DNA of 64,000 nt from Lama guanicoe (Eukaryota): the NCBI GenBank assembly GCA_013239625.1, contig MU054098.1, forward strand, positions 186,001 through 250,000, given 5' to 3'. Positions within the stretch are counted from its first letter, which is position 1; the number at the start of each line of letters is the position of its first letter. Below, in pieces: positions 1 through 10,590 of the stretch. The notes below the pieces were generated by a model. The model did no database searches, was not told where the DNA came from, and was given only the letters and a program-made list of their open reading frames with translations. The translations under genes and the position numbers were made by a program.

Positions 1-19
1 CCATGGCGCCCTCCCCCCA

Positions 20-420
20 CTCCTTTACAGACACATTGACTGCTGTTTTTAGACATCCTGCTCCCAACTCCGGGAGTGTTCACCTGCTGCTCTCTTCACC
101 TGAAACTGTCTTCTCTGGGATACCGTGTGACTTGCACCCTCACTTTCTCAGATCTTTCCTTAAATGTCACCTTTGTGGTGCTGTTTTCCCTAATCACCCA
201 ATTTAAACGAGCCCCGAGCACTCCTTTCTCTGCTTTCTTGTTTGTGTTATTTTCTTGCTATCACTTTTCACCATCTGACATACTAATATCAACTCCAGGA
301 GGGCAGGGTTTTTACCTTCACTGTTCAGTTCCACAACCTCAGTGTTCAAACGATACCTGGCATATCGTAGGTGTTCAAAATTTTTTCTTCAAAGAGCAAC
401 TGACTTTAACTGAATGTCAG
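20..420 (+). mobile_element. L2 3' fragment
   Basis: ctttccttaaatgtcacc ... cctggcatatcgtaggtgttcaaaa matches the L2 3' end. Confidence 0.7.
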
Positions 421-479
421 TTCATTCACATGCCCAGGATCAGTGATCAGAGAAATTACAATGAAAGGGTTGGGGCAGA

Positions 480-1261
480 GAAATGAATGTGAAGGGAGGG
501 CTGAGGCAAAGACTCCCACCCACAGAGCTCCTTCCTCTCCGTGTTATCCTGGAGATCTGTTGATCAGGGCTACAGATCCATGGAAATATGAAAAGGAGCA
601 ATTCATTTCCAGTTACAAGAAGCAAAATCAGGGAGTCTGGGCCACATCTGAGATCACTTTTGCTTTGGCTTACTCTCAAAGTAGATCCGCAGTCCAAAGG
701 ATACAGATACAGAGAAAGATACCAGGGTTGACTTTTCTGCCCACGGTCTTCCTTACATCTCTCAGAGGCATACCCTAAGTTCCATAAACTAGGCACCCCA
801 CACAGACGGAAATACCTACCAGGTTAGGGGAGGTGTGAACTTTGAACTTGCTGTGTTTTACACTTTCTCTGCCCCCATATTCAGCACCCAGAGATAGCTT
901 ATGCTGCTATAGAAGGCAGTCATTCGTCTATTCAGGAAGTCACATCACCCAGGGCCCATTTCTGTGGGGCCTTGAAGTCCTTGCTGTGCCTGCACTGGGA
1001 CAATCCCTGCTTTTCTGTGCCTTTACTACAGGATTTAGAGGAGTTTTCCATTTTTGTCCTCACTAGGGCCTCCTTTGGTCATGTCCAGCCGTGGCAAATC
1101 ACACCAGTCACAGCCGATGTGTGATATCATATTGGCAAGAGCAACAGAAGAAAGGCAACATGGATTCAAAATATATGAAGAGTATGCTTAAGAGGCAGGA
1201 TCCAACAGTGGTGAAACAAAGCAGAAAGCTATAAACTTGGTGGCTCAAGTGAGAAGTGTCT
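480..1261 (-). pseudogene. sGC-like relic: guanylate cyclase catalytic domain fragments
   Basis: LSILF...DITHRL at 1191-1111 (cf. VSILFSD...EVVSML); KME..GLSQCRH..WAL; after cctaacctggtag| at 815, GI..GCLVYGT*GMP..VGRKVN / LVSFSVSVSFGLRIY (cf. GIHTGEVVTGVIG..FGNTVN, TASRMESTS..MKVH); RGRSSVGG. Confidence 0.55.
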
Positions 1262-1288
1262 CTATGTGAGATAAAAAGGTGAAAGATG

Positions 1289-1380
1289 GGGTGGGGGTAT
1301 AGCTCAGTGGTAGAGCGTGTGCTTACCATGCACAAGGTCCTGGGTTCAAACCCTAGTACCTTCATTGAAAAAAAAAAAAG
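1289..1380 (+). mobile_element. tRNA-derived SINE (camelid Vic-1-like)
   Basis: A box (tagctcagtgg), B box (gggttcaaacc), A tail, perfect 15-bp TSD aaaaggtgaaagatg (1274-1288 / 1381-1395). Confidence 0.9.
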
Positions 1381-1601
1381 AAAAGGTGAAAGATGAGCCA
1401 GTCAGATCCCTTGACTACAGTTTGTGGGGGCATATGATGCTAAAAGAAATTGGGTCCATGGGAATAAAGACATCGAAAAACGAAAAGACTGTCTGGAGTT
1501 TGGGGAGGTTTTTCATCAAGAAATTACAGGACTGCCCAAGAAAGTTCTGGTGCTGGTTCCCTGTTCACTGCATGGCTCCCTTCACAGTATTAGTTCTACC
1601 A

Positions 1602-1655
1602 GTGGAGACCTTTGGCACGACCCTCAGGAATGACAGTCAGAAGGCAGGTCGTCAC
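1602..1655 (-). pseudogene. sGC-like relic: end of coiled coil
   Basis: VTTCLLTVIPEGRAKGLH aligns without gaps to TDTLLYSVLPPSVANELR. Short, so weak on its own. Confidence 0.3.
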
Positions 1656-2039
1656 TAGAGAAAGAAATGTTGGACATGACCAATAGAGAAGTATGTGATA
1701 CTTCCGAGCTTTAGTGCTTTAAGTTTAAGCAAGTAGAAGACAGTAATTGGAAGGTAGCTTCCAACCCTATGTCTATGTAGTGACATAGGTTTAGAAAATG
1801 TCACACAAGAACCATTTGGCCAATATTATGAGAGAAAAAAACTAAAGAGTAATTTAATAGCCATAAAGGATTTATGGAGTCCTATTAAAACAGAGTGGAA
1901 TTATGAGGGTCAAAGACAAAAAAATCACTATTTGAGGGATGAAAGGGTTGAGCACCTGAGTAGGTGATTCACATCCTAGAAAAGTGGGAGAGGAATTAGT
2001 TAAAGGATAACAATGAGTACTACAAAGTACTGGCTTCGT

Positions 2040-3191
2040 GAGGAGTTTATGAGTACTCTCCATGGGCTTATTACTGAGTGTGCCCATGGGAAATTTAGAG
2101 ATATAAATGTACATAATAAAGAAAGAGGCTGCCTGTTCTCTAGTCATAGTTCCAAGCAGTGAACAAGGAATCACAGAAATGATTTAAAGTCACGGTCCCA
2201 TTAAAAGCAGTGTCAAAGTCGGGAAGGGAAGCTGGTTGTATTAACATTATCCTTGGTTTCTTCCATATTTTCCCGTGAGCTAGTGGTGCCAAAAGGGACA
2301 TAAGGGGGCAGTGGGAGCAGGAGGGTTCCTCTAGACACCCAAGCAGGGAAGACCCTGTGCCTCAGATTAATTTCATATGCAGAACCGGCTCCAAATTAAA
2401 CACAATGTTCTGAAATACAGAGAGAATTCTTAATCAGCAATCAGCAAAAATAATGAGAGTAATTTTTAAAAACAACATTGTTTTCAACAACAACAATATG
2501 GTGTGTGGAAAGAACATTAGCCTAGGAATCCTAGCCAGTTTTATTCCTAAGTCTGCCACGGCCATGCTCAGCAGACAACCAACATATGATGCTCCTCCCT
2601 AAGCCTAAATGGCCATGACAAGATCAAAATAAAGAAAAACCTACATTCTCACAGAATCCAGGGAAGGGAGCCATCCAAATGACAAAGAGTTTGCATGATT
2701 CCTACTTCCTGCCTAGTGATATTATGGATGAAGTGTCCCGATTCCCACTTTATCAGAAATCTTACACTCTCATCTACTTTTCTCCTTTATCTTCAATTTC
2801 CTGTGATCTTCTAGCTCATTCTCATCTCCATTTAAATAGATTCCAGTTTCTCCAATCTTAATAAACACTGCCGGGACCCTATGTGGCCCTTCTATATCAC
2901 TGGAATGTTCATTACAAGAGAATGGAGGTGCAGATGTAAAACAAATCTAAGATAAATGAGGTTAAGTAAAAACTTTGTCGTTTGAAGTCTGAATGTTAGA
3001 GAAAAAATTCATATTATCCAAACTGAAGAAGTGAAGAAAGGAAAGACTTCCTATTTCTTCTTTATAGTTCCAAGCTCCAAGCAGTGAACAGAAAAACATT
3101 GATATGATTTGAAACCAATAAAAGGAGTGTCAAAGTTGGAAGGTAAAGCTGGTTAGGTTAACACTGTCCTTGGTTTCCTCTATATTTTCAC
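2040..3191 (-). pseudogene. sGC-like relic: middle and C-terminal PAS/HNOBA, present as two diverged copies
   Basis: Copy near 2146-2273: IMLIQPASLPDFDTAFNGT (cf. FDLVRPLIAFKFQTILNRT), then IYISKFPM..ESTHKLL (cf. LYLSDIPLHDATRDL). Copy near 3064-3191: LT*PALPSNFDT. Confidence 0.45.
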
Positions 3192-3239
3192 ATTTCCTTT
3201 GTGGATCAAAGAATCATTCCTTTGCCCTGTGATTAACAA

Positions 3240-3450
3240 ATACTAACTAATATACATAAAATAGATACACAACAAGTTCATATTGTATAGCACAGGGAAC
3301 TATATTTGATATCTTGTAGTAGCTTACGGTGAAAAAGAATATGAAAATGAATATATATATGTATATGTATGACTGAAGCATTATGTTGTCCATCAGAAAT
3401 TGATGCAGCATTGTAAGCTGACTATATGTGTGTGTGTGTGTGTGTGTGTA
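3240..3450 (+). mobile_element. L1 3' end (cetartiodactyl type) ending in (TG)n
   Basis: tatagcacagggaactatat...gaaattgatgcagcattgtaagctgactata motif. Confidence 0.85.
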
Positions 3451-3839
3451 TAATTGTATGGTTCCTGGGAATATAAAATAATGAGACCCATTTTCCCACG
3501 TGACAAATAAATTCACTAAAGAGTTTATACATTTTGCTCTGAGGTAATATTTGTACAACAAAAAACCTGGAGTGGTTCCCAAAGTGTCATTTTGTTAGTC
3601 TGTGCCAAATAAGATAGCTGAATAAACATAACCAAAGCATTCAAAAAGAGCCAACTTGATGGCTTCTCCTGGTTGTAGAGTAACAGGTGACTATGAATTT
3701 CTATTTGGAAATCAAAAATATGGGCTATGTCTAGATACTTGATTTTTAGTTAGGTCTTTAATAATGGACACTCTAAATTTTTATGTCATGCTATCTCTAT
3801 CCTCAAGTGTTACTGAATTGCCAGCAATGCATAGTTTTC

Positions 3840-4359
3840 ATAATTAACCACACTTGAAAATCCTGGCAGAGATTTCCTCTTGATAAAAGATCAGGTGCAA
3901 CACTTAGATCAGAAATACATGTTCCATTATATATAAAACAGAAACAGACTCACAGACATAGAACACAGACTTGTGGTTGCCAGGCGGGGGAGGGGGCTGG
4001 GAAGGGATAATCTGGGAGTTCAAGATTTGCAGATACTGACTGGTATATATAAAATAGATAAAGAAGTTTATACTGTATAGCACAGGGAAATATATTCAAT
4101 ATCTTGTAGTAGCTTACAGTGAAAAAGAATATGAAAATGAATATATGTATATCCATGTATGACATTGTGCTGTACACCAGAAATTGACACATTGTAAACT
4201 GACTATATCTCAACTTGAAAAAAGAAAGAAATGTATGTTCTCAGATTTCATCCTCCCAAATACATGCACTCAAAATGGAGAGCTATCAAGACAGTTTTTC
4301 CCAATTATCTTTCCAAAGGATGTATGATATATTGATGAAAAGTTGAAATGTAGCATCAT
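3840..4359 (-). pseudogene. sGC-like relic: start of PAS/HNOBA, interrupted by L1
   Basis: After removing L1 3925-4226 plus one TSD copy, one frame reads DEI*EHTFLI*VLHLIFYQEEISARIFKCG (cf. [27 protein letters not shown]). Acceptor ttgtag| before 4359. Confidence 0.5.
3925..4226 (+). mobile_element. L1 3' end with TSD
   Basis: L1 3' UTR motifs. TSD agaaatacatgttc (3911-3924) / agaaatgtatgttc (4227-4240). Confidence 0.9.
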
Positions 4360-5382
4360 CTACAATTATAATGTTTAGTTTCATCTTGAAGTAGTTTGAC
4401 ATTGGCAAATGAGGATAGCTATCATAGTACAGAATTTGGTACATGTGAAAGAGAATAAAAAATACTAAAGCTGTGTGACTGAATCATTTCATATATTCCA
4501 TTAAATTCTGGCACAGTATTAATTAATCAACAATGAGCCAAAACCATGAAAAATGAACCCAGAGACTTGAAAGTTAGAATTGTAAAGGCTAAAGTTAAAT
4601 ATTTTTTATTGTGTCTTTGATGCAGTTACTAAGAGCTTTACTGTGTATAATTTTTATTTCAGTGTTGAATTATGGTGGAAAGAAATTTAATTCTCAACAC
4701 TTGTGCCTTGTAAAGTATAGGACAAGACAGAGATCACACCATCTTGGTTGTGGATTATAATGAAAGCTATTTAAAGACAGTGTTTGGATGATTATTATTT
4801 CCCATCTTCTTTTCCCACATGGCTCTCTCTTCATACGATACTAACTGCCTCAGTCAGGCTTGGTGAGATTGGCCAGGTCAGCAAGGCCTACAACTGGACC
4901 AACCACAGGAGGATGATTCAGGCAGGTAAGAGGGTCAACACCAGAAAGATCATAGGAATCCAGCCATAAGCACTAAGGATAATTACAACACTCCAGTCTC
5001 CAGGAGCACTTTGGGCTGAGAGTCATAGCCAGACTCCAGTTCTGTAGGAACTGAGTGCCAAGCAGAAACTCAGATACACAGGGGAGTATATTTGTAAGAA
5101 CTGGGGTGCAACTCAAGGGGCGTTATCAATAACCACCACACCAGAGACCTATTCCAATAAAAAGTGCAGAAATACAGCAGGACCACCCAACAGACTGACT
5201 TAATGAATGCATAATGTGTAGAGTTTCTATAATCTCTCTGTCCGTGGCCTGATTTTCATCAGAGTTTTGAGCCAAGTTAATCCTATCAGTAGGATTTTTG
5301 TGGCCCTGATTGTGGTGTTGAAGACCTGCTAGGCAGAATTAGGTAGGGCATTGCTCATTAAATAAATCATTGCTTTTAAGTA

Positions 5383-5702
5383 CAGGAGTTGCAAACTATG
5401 GCCTGCTGCCTGTTTTTTTTTTCATGGCCCACAAGCTAAGAATGATTTTTCCATGTTTAAGTTGAAAAAAAAATCAAAAGAAGAATATTTTAATGACACA
5501 GGAAATTTTATGGAATTCGAATTCCGAGGTTCATAAATAAAGATTTATTGGAACAGTGCCACACCCATTTGTTTACATATTGTCTGTGGCTGCTTTCATG
5601 CTACAGTGACAGAGTTGAGTACTCATGACAGATACCATATGGCCTGCAAAACCTCAAACATGTACTATTTTGGACCTTTACAGAAAAAGTTTGCCAATCC
5701 TG
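5383..5702. mobile_element. MER58-like hAT-Charlie MITE
   Basis: Terminal inverted repeats caggagttgcaaact ... agtttgccaatcctg and MER58-type interior. Confidence 0.8.
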
Positions 5703-6544
5703 GTTTAGTATATAAAGTCCACTGATGTACTGAAATCTCTTAGCCCAATAATTAGGGCCTGATTATGTTTCATTCCTTAAGAAGTTGCTCTCAATTCTGA
5801 TCGAAGTAAAAGTCATAGAGAGAGAAGTTAGCAATCAATGAGCATTATGTGTTTGTTACCATTCAAGCATTGTCGAATAGAGGAGCTGAATGAAATAAAG
5901 TACATGAGGTAGCCTTCTGTTACTCCCTGCCTTTCCTAGCTCTGCTGTGACAGAGGCCAGGAGTATTCTACCTCCTACATGTAGTGAGCCAAATCCTGCC
6001 CAAGAGAGCAGGATATTAGGCATCCCATCCTGCCACTAGGAATAATAGAATAGACATTGCTCCCCCAAGGTCCTCTATGTCTTGTACGTGCTCACTGAAT
6101 TGCCTCTTCTTCCCTGACGCAATAGTGTTGGGCTAACGTCTGTGATTGGCTTTTGGCCTTGCTATTGTGATTAGCGTTATCATAATTCTCAGCTTGAGGC
6201 TAGCCCTTCCTCCAAGTCCCAGCCTGATTGGCTGGGGCCCTGATTCTCTAAGAAACCTTTTCTACTCCACTGCCCGTGGGAGCTGGATCCTGCTCTGCAT
6301 GGTTTCCTATTTTAGCTGGTATCCTTTTCTAATCCTAGTAGACCACGTGATACCAGGTCTCGCCATCAAATGTTTAGTCCTGCTACTTTCCCTTGTCCCA
6401 TCTCCAGGACCATATCATCCCTTTAATAAAACCCAAGTTTGCATCATTCTTGAACCCTGATATGACGTGCTAAACTTCACCTTGATGGTATAATCCTACA
6501 ACCAAGTTAGTCCATGAAATTTAGTTAGGCCCTCTCCAAGATTC

Positions 6545-6685
6545 TTTTTTTTCTTATTTTATTTTAAAAAATTTTTATTAAAGTGTAGTTGATTTACAGT
6601 GTTAGTTTCAGCTGTACAGCAAAGTGATTCAGTTATACATATACATACATACGTATTTTCTTTTCAGATTCCTTTCATTATATGT
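6545..6685 (-). mobile_element. L1 3' tail
   Basis: Poly-T followed by aagtgtagttgatttacagtgttagtttcagctgtacagcaaagtgattcag. Confidence 0.85.
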
Positions 6686-7319
6686 CCAAGATTCTTTATT
6701 ACCCCTTTTCCTCTTTTTCCTTCTGCTGAGGTCCCAGCATGCATCATGGTCCAGTTTATATTAATTATAATAGACAATGGATCAGAGGCAATTAGAGCTG
6801 GAAGGACTCTTACAAGTTACTTACAGATGAGAAGAGCAATTAGGAGGTACACAAAGGGGAATATACATATTAATTTAGTCTAAGAACTAAGGAATAAGGA
6901 GCCCCATACCCTCCAAGAAGTGCCTTGGAAATAAAAACTAAATTAAATGCAGTAAACTGTCTTTAATGAGCCAATTTTGAATTTACTCATTTTGGTCCAT
7001 CATAAAAAAAGCCAGATAAACAAAAGTGAGGAGAAGTCAAAAAGACTGTAATAAGTCTGCCCCCCAGAAGGAGAAAACCCATAATTTGAGACCATTATAC
7101 AAATAGGATTAGTTTTGCTAAGGTGTCCCAGGCCTACCACTTCAATTCCCTTTTTAATTTCTGTCAACTGTCTCATGAATTAAATGAGTGCTTTAATGCC
7201 TAAATCTCTACAAGGAAAATCTCGGAATAAAATTTCAAATTGTACTTGCTCAGTAACATTCCAATTTAACGACCAGAACAGTACAGGAACTGACCAAATC
7301 AGAAAGGATTCCAGCTTAC

Positions 7320-7765
7320 CATTAGCCCTGCTCTCTCTGCAGAGGCTGAATGAAAGGAGGAGTGAGGCATTTATGGCAATTGTCCATGGAAGTCAGGCAA
7401 AAATTCCCTGCTATCATGGGAAAGTGCTGGAGGTGGAATAGGAGTGGAGATTTGCATAGAATCTACCTCCCCTGGCTAATTATTCTGAACTATTTTCCTG
7501 TAGGGACACAGTCCATATCTTGTGTGTGACTGCTGAACCAGACCACAGCACAGCAGGTCCAATCAGTTAAGCAATCTTAAAGATCAATTGATGTATTTTT
7601 CCCTCTGGGTTCATGCTGCTGTAAATGGTCACAAGATCATGAAGATGGTTGAGTTGATTCGATTAATCATGTCTGAATGTTCAATGTAGTTACCACAGGT
7701 AGATACATATACCTATACATTTATTGTAATAGCTCGTGCTCTGCTCTAACACATCTAACATTTGA
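7320..7765 (-). pseudogene. sGC-like relic: second H-NOX core and linker
   Basis: SQMLDV; NQLNHLHDLVTIYSSMNP (cf. [20 protein letters not shown]; His codon at 7641-7639); decayed tct tta aga ttgc (SFRC-like); GLVQQSHTRYGLCPY (YxSxR-GL region); LARGGRFY; donor gtaagc after 7320. Confidence 0.6.
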
Positions 7766-7910
7766 GAAGTTTAATTGTTCTTAGTTGGCTATGGCCAAGC
7801 ACAAAGTAGGCAGAATAAATATCTGTTGACTGGCATTTAATGACCAACTGTACAAGTTGTAATAGAATATAGACATTCTCTTAAAAGTATAAGTGTGCTT
7901 TGGATTAGGC

Positions 7911-8128
7911 CAGTGGCTCTTAACAGGGGATGATTTTGCCACCTACTCCCAGGGGGCATTTGACAATGTCTTGAGACATTTTGGGCTGTGCCAACTGAGA
8001 GTGGAAGTGCTCTGGCATCTATTGGGTAGAGGCCAGGGATGCTGCTAAACATTCCACAGTGCGTGAGATATGTCCTTAAGAAAAGTATCTGGTGCAAAAT
8101 GTTAAGAGTCCTTGGTTGAGAAACCCTG
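7911..8128. mobile_element. MER20 (hAT-Charlie)
   Basis: cagtggctcttaacagggg...ggcatttgacaatgtcttgagacattttggg...gttgagaaaccctg. Confidence 0.85.
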
Positions 8129-8177
8129 GATTGAACAGATAAGAGATATGGAATAGTTTAGCTTTTTAAAAGTAGAT

Positions 8178-8500
8178 AAGGAGGGGTGAATAGGTAAAGC
8201 ACAAAGGATTTTTAGGGCAGTGAAACTGTTATGTACGATAATATAATGGTGGATACATGCCAATATACATTTGTCAAAACCCATCAAATTCACGATACCA
8301 ACAGTGAATCCTCATGTAAACTATGGACTTTGGGTGGTAAAGATGTGTTGGTGTAGGTTCATCGACTGTAACAAATGGTGCAGGATGTGGATAGTGGAGG
8401 AGGCTGTGTGTGTGTGCAGGCAGGGGATATATGGGAACTCTCTGTACCTTCTGCTTAGTTTTGCTGTGAACCTAAACATGCCCTAAAAATAGTCCATTTT
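8178..8500 (+). mobile_element. Old L1M (L1MB/MC-type) 3' end
   Basis: ttttagggcagtgaaact...gtaaactatggactttggg...gggaactctctgtacc. Confidence 0.75.
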
Positions 8501-8810
8501 TTAAGAAGTAGATGATTAGCTGGAAACAGAATTCTGGCTTTCAAGAATTAGTCATGTTGTCGTTATTCTAAAATATTTTGGAGGAAACTGAAGATTTATA
8601 TGATAAAATGTATTTTATGAAAAAGAATATATATATAACTGAATCACTTTGCTATATACAGAAACTGACACAACATTGTAAATCAACTATACTTCAATTA
8701 AAAATTTTACTTTATGCTTCAAAATGACAAATGTCATGACATGTTTTTAACTTTTTCTTTCCATGTAGTTTGTAGTTTTTATAAAAAAGGAAATTATTTC
8801 TATTAGCTAC

Positions 8811-8971
8811 CTTGATGAAGACCAATTTCAAATTGCACTTGCAGTACTCTCAGATGTATGTCTTCCACAGCTCAGGGCCCGATCCCATGAGAGGTTTCTG
8901 AAATTGAGTTTCTGAGTTGATTTAGAAAAACTTACTTGTAATTTTCCTCCTTTATTACTAGAAATGGAGAG
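8811..8971 (-). pseudogene. sGC-like relic exon (161 nt), start of second H-NOX domain
   Basis: ccttttcag|C...CATCAAG|gtagc. Reads YK*VFLNQLRNSI..GP*AVEDIHLRVLQVQFEIGLHQ. Restoring one G in GGCCCTGAGCTGTGG-AAGACATA gives GPELWEDI (GUCY1B1 GPEVWEDI). EDI-to-HQ spacing equals that of Gyc-88E as recalled. Confidence 0.6.
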
Positions 8972-9138
8972 CTGAAAAGGAGGTTGCAGTAGACTGTTTT
9001 TTTTTTTTGGCAACACACATGAGAGCAATTATAAATTCACTTAAGTCCAATATCGGTATCTAAACATTTCTGTGATGCAGGAAGGGAAGAAAAGAGTGCT
9101 GGTGGAAGAAACTTCAGTCTGCAGCTGGCGAGACTTAC

Positions 9139-9201
9139 TGGGAAGGATAGCACCATCGGCCATATCCAAAATCCCATTCACAAAGCAAAGAGCAGCATGA
9201 T
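9139..9201 (-). pseudogene. sGC-like relic exon (63 nt), end of H-NOX-1
   Basis: ttttgtag|ATCATG...TTCCCA|gtaagt with consensus donor. One frame gives DHAALCFVNGILDMA (cf. DIVIGIIKTVA). Confidence 0.5.
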
Positions 9202-9249
9202 CTACAAAAGTTATTTTCAATAGACTCAAGGTTATGAAAACAATCTCTC

Positions 9250-9730
9250 CATGCCATTTGCAGCAACATTACTTTGTGAATGGAATTTCGGAGATTGTCA
9301 TTCTAAGTAAAGTAACCCAGAAAAAGAAAGAAAAATACCATATGATATAATGCATATGTGGAATCTAAAAAAAAAAGAAAAAAGACACTAATGAACTTAT
9401 CTACAAAAACAGAAACAGACTCACAGACATAATAAACAAACTTATGGTTACTTGGGGTACAGGGTGTGGGAAGGGACAAACTGGGGGTTCGAGATTTGCA
9501 GATTTGCAAATATTAACTATTATATATAAAATATATAAACAGCAAGTTTCTACTGTATAGCACAGGGAACTGTATTCAATATCCTGTAGTAACCTATAAT
9601 GAAAAAGAATATGAAAATGAATATATGTATGTGAATGTGTGACTGAACTATTATGCTGTACACCAGAAATTGACATGACCTTGTAAGCTGACAATACTTC
9701 AATTTAAAAAAAAGTCAATGGAAAACAAAC
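9250..9730 (+). mobile_element. L1 3' end with TSD
   Basis: atgccatttgcagcaacat through the A tail. TSD gaaaacaatctctc (9236-9249) / gaaaagaatctctc (9731-9744). Confidence 0.9.
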
Positions 9731-10020
9731 GAAAAGAATCTCTCAATCAATCCTATTTTTCAGTAGAAGTGTCTAGAATTGCTAACATATGATTGAAGAC
9801 TTTTAACTTCAGCTGGTATTTTCTTTGTTTCTTCTTTTTTAAGGCTTTAGTAATTAAATGCCATGCATTGTAATAACAAAGTGCTAGATTATAAATTTAA
9901 ACTCATGAAAATGCAGCAAATACACAGAACTCTCTAAGAGTAAACAGGACATGTCCCAAGCTATATGTCCAACTATTAAAATGATAGGAAATAGTTTATT
10001 CAAGAATCAACATTATTTAC

Positions 10021-10157
10021 CTTGTAGCATTTGGAATTTCATGCTGTTATCATGGCCTATACATCATTGTGACTTTTATGAAAGATAAATTTTTTAGCTT
10101 TTCATTTTGCCAAGTTCAAACACCTAATATTTCATTTCCAGGTATTTTTTTCAGTAC
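10021..10157 (-). pseudogene. sGC-like relic exon (137 nt), PSF-motif region of H-NOX-1
   Basis: ttctag|GTACTG...CTACAAG|gtaaat. Reads VLKKIPGNEILGV*TWQNEKLKNLSFIK (KLKNLSFI cf. RMRAPSFI), with in-frame stops. Confidence 0.45.
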
Positions 10158-10590
10158 CTAGAACCATAGTCTATTACCACAGATAGAGTTTATGAATAAG
10201 TACAGCTGCCTACTTACTCCACTGACCTCCTCAAGGTCAGGAACGATGTCATATTCATCTAAGAGCAGAATGCCTGCCTAGCATACTTCCTGGTGTCATC
10301 AGATGTTATCAATGAATATTTATTGGCTTTTATTGACTATATGAACATTAACTGCTTCTAATTGTTCACATGTGAAAATCAAACTTCAGGTAATTGCACT
10401 GCATTAGACCCTATCCTTTGTTCACTTAAATATCATTTAGTTTAGATTTTCAGGAAATAAGAAAATAAATGGTTTTCTCATATTTGAGTAAAACTTCCTA
10501 AACTATGCTCTGAGGATATTTTTTATTTGAAAAGCAATTATGATAGAAGTGATCTAACATTTGTACTCCGTGAATTATTAGATGACTAAC

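Noticed and set aside
1289..1365. tRNA gene (also at 44310-44385)
   Set aside because: The A-rich tail, the TSD on the first copy and the poor acceptor-stem pairing indicate a tRNA-derived SINE.
1400..1445. Plus-strand LDYSLWGH as a Tc1/mariner transposase motif
   Set aside because: Isolated short match with no TIRs or other DD(E/D) motifs.
4830..6460. Old LTR-like sequence flanking the MER58
   Set aside because: Composition and AATAAA are suggestive, but I could not define termini or a family.
7590..7690. Plus-strand LWVHAAVNGHKIMKMV as a dynein stalk fragment
   Set aside because: Short, with no acceptor and no neighbouring dynein-like exons. The opposite strand carries the H-NOX-like motif.
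8862..8885. In-frame TGA as selenocysteine
   Set aside because: Many TAA/TAG stops and frameshifts nearby. A 1-nt deletion in GPELWEDI explains the TGA.
8880..8930. NQLRNSIS resemblance to vitellogenin
   Set aside because: Single short match. The flanking segments fit H-NOX/sGC in colinear order much better.
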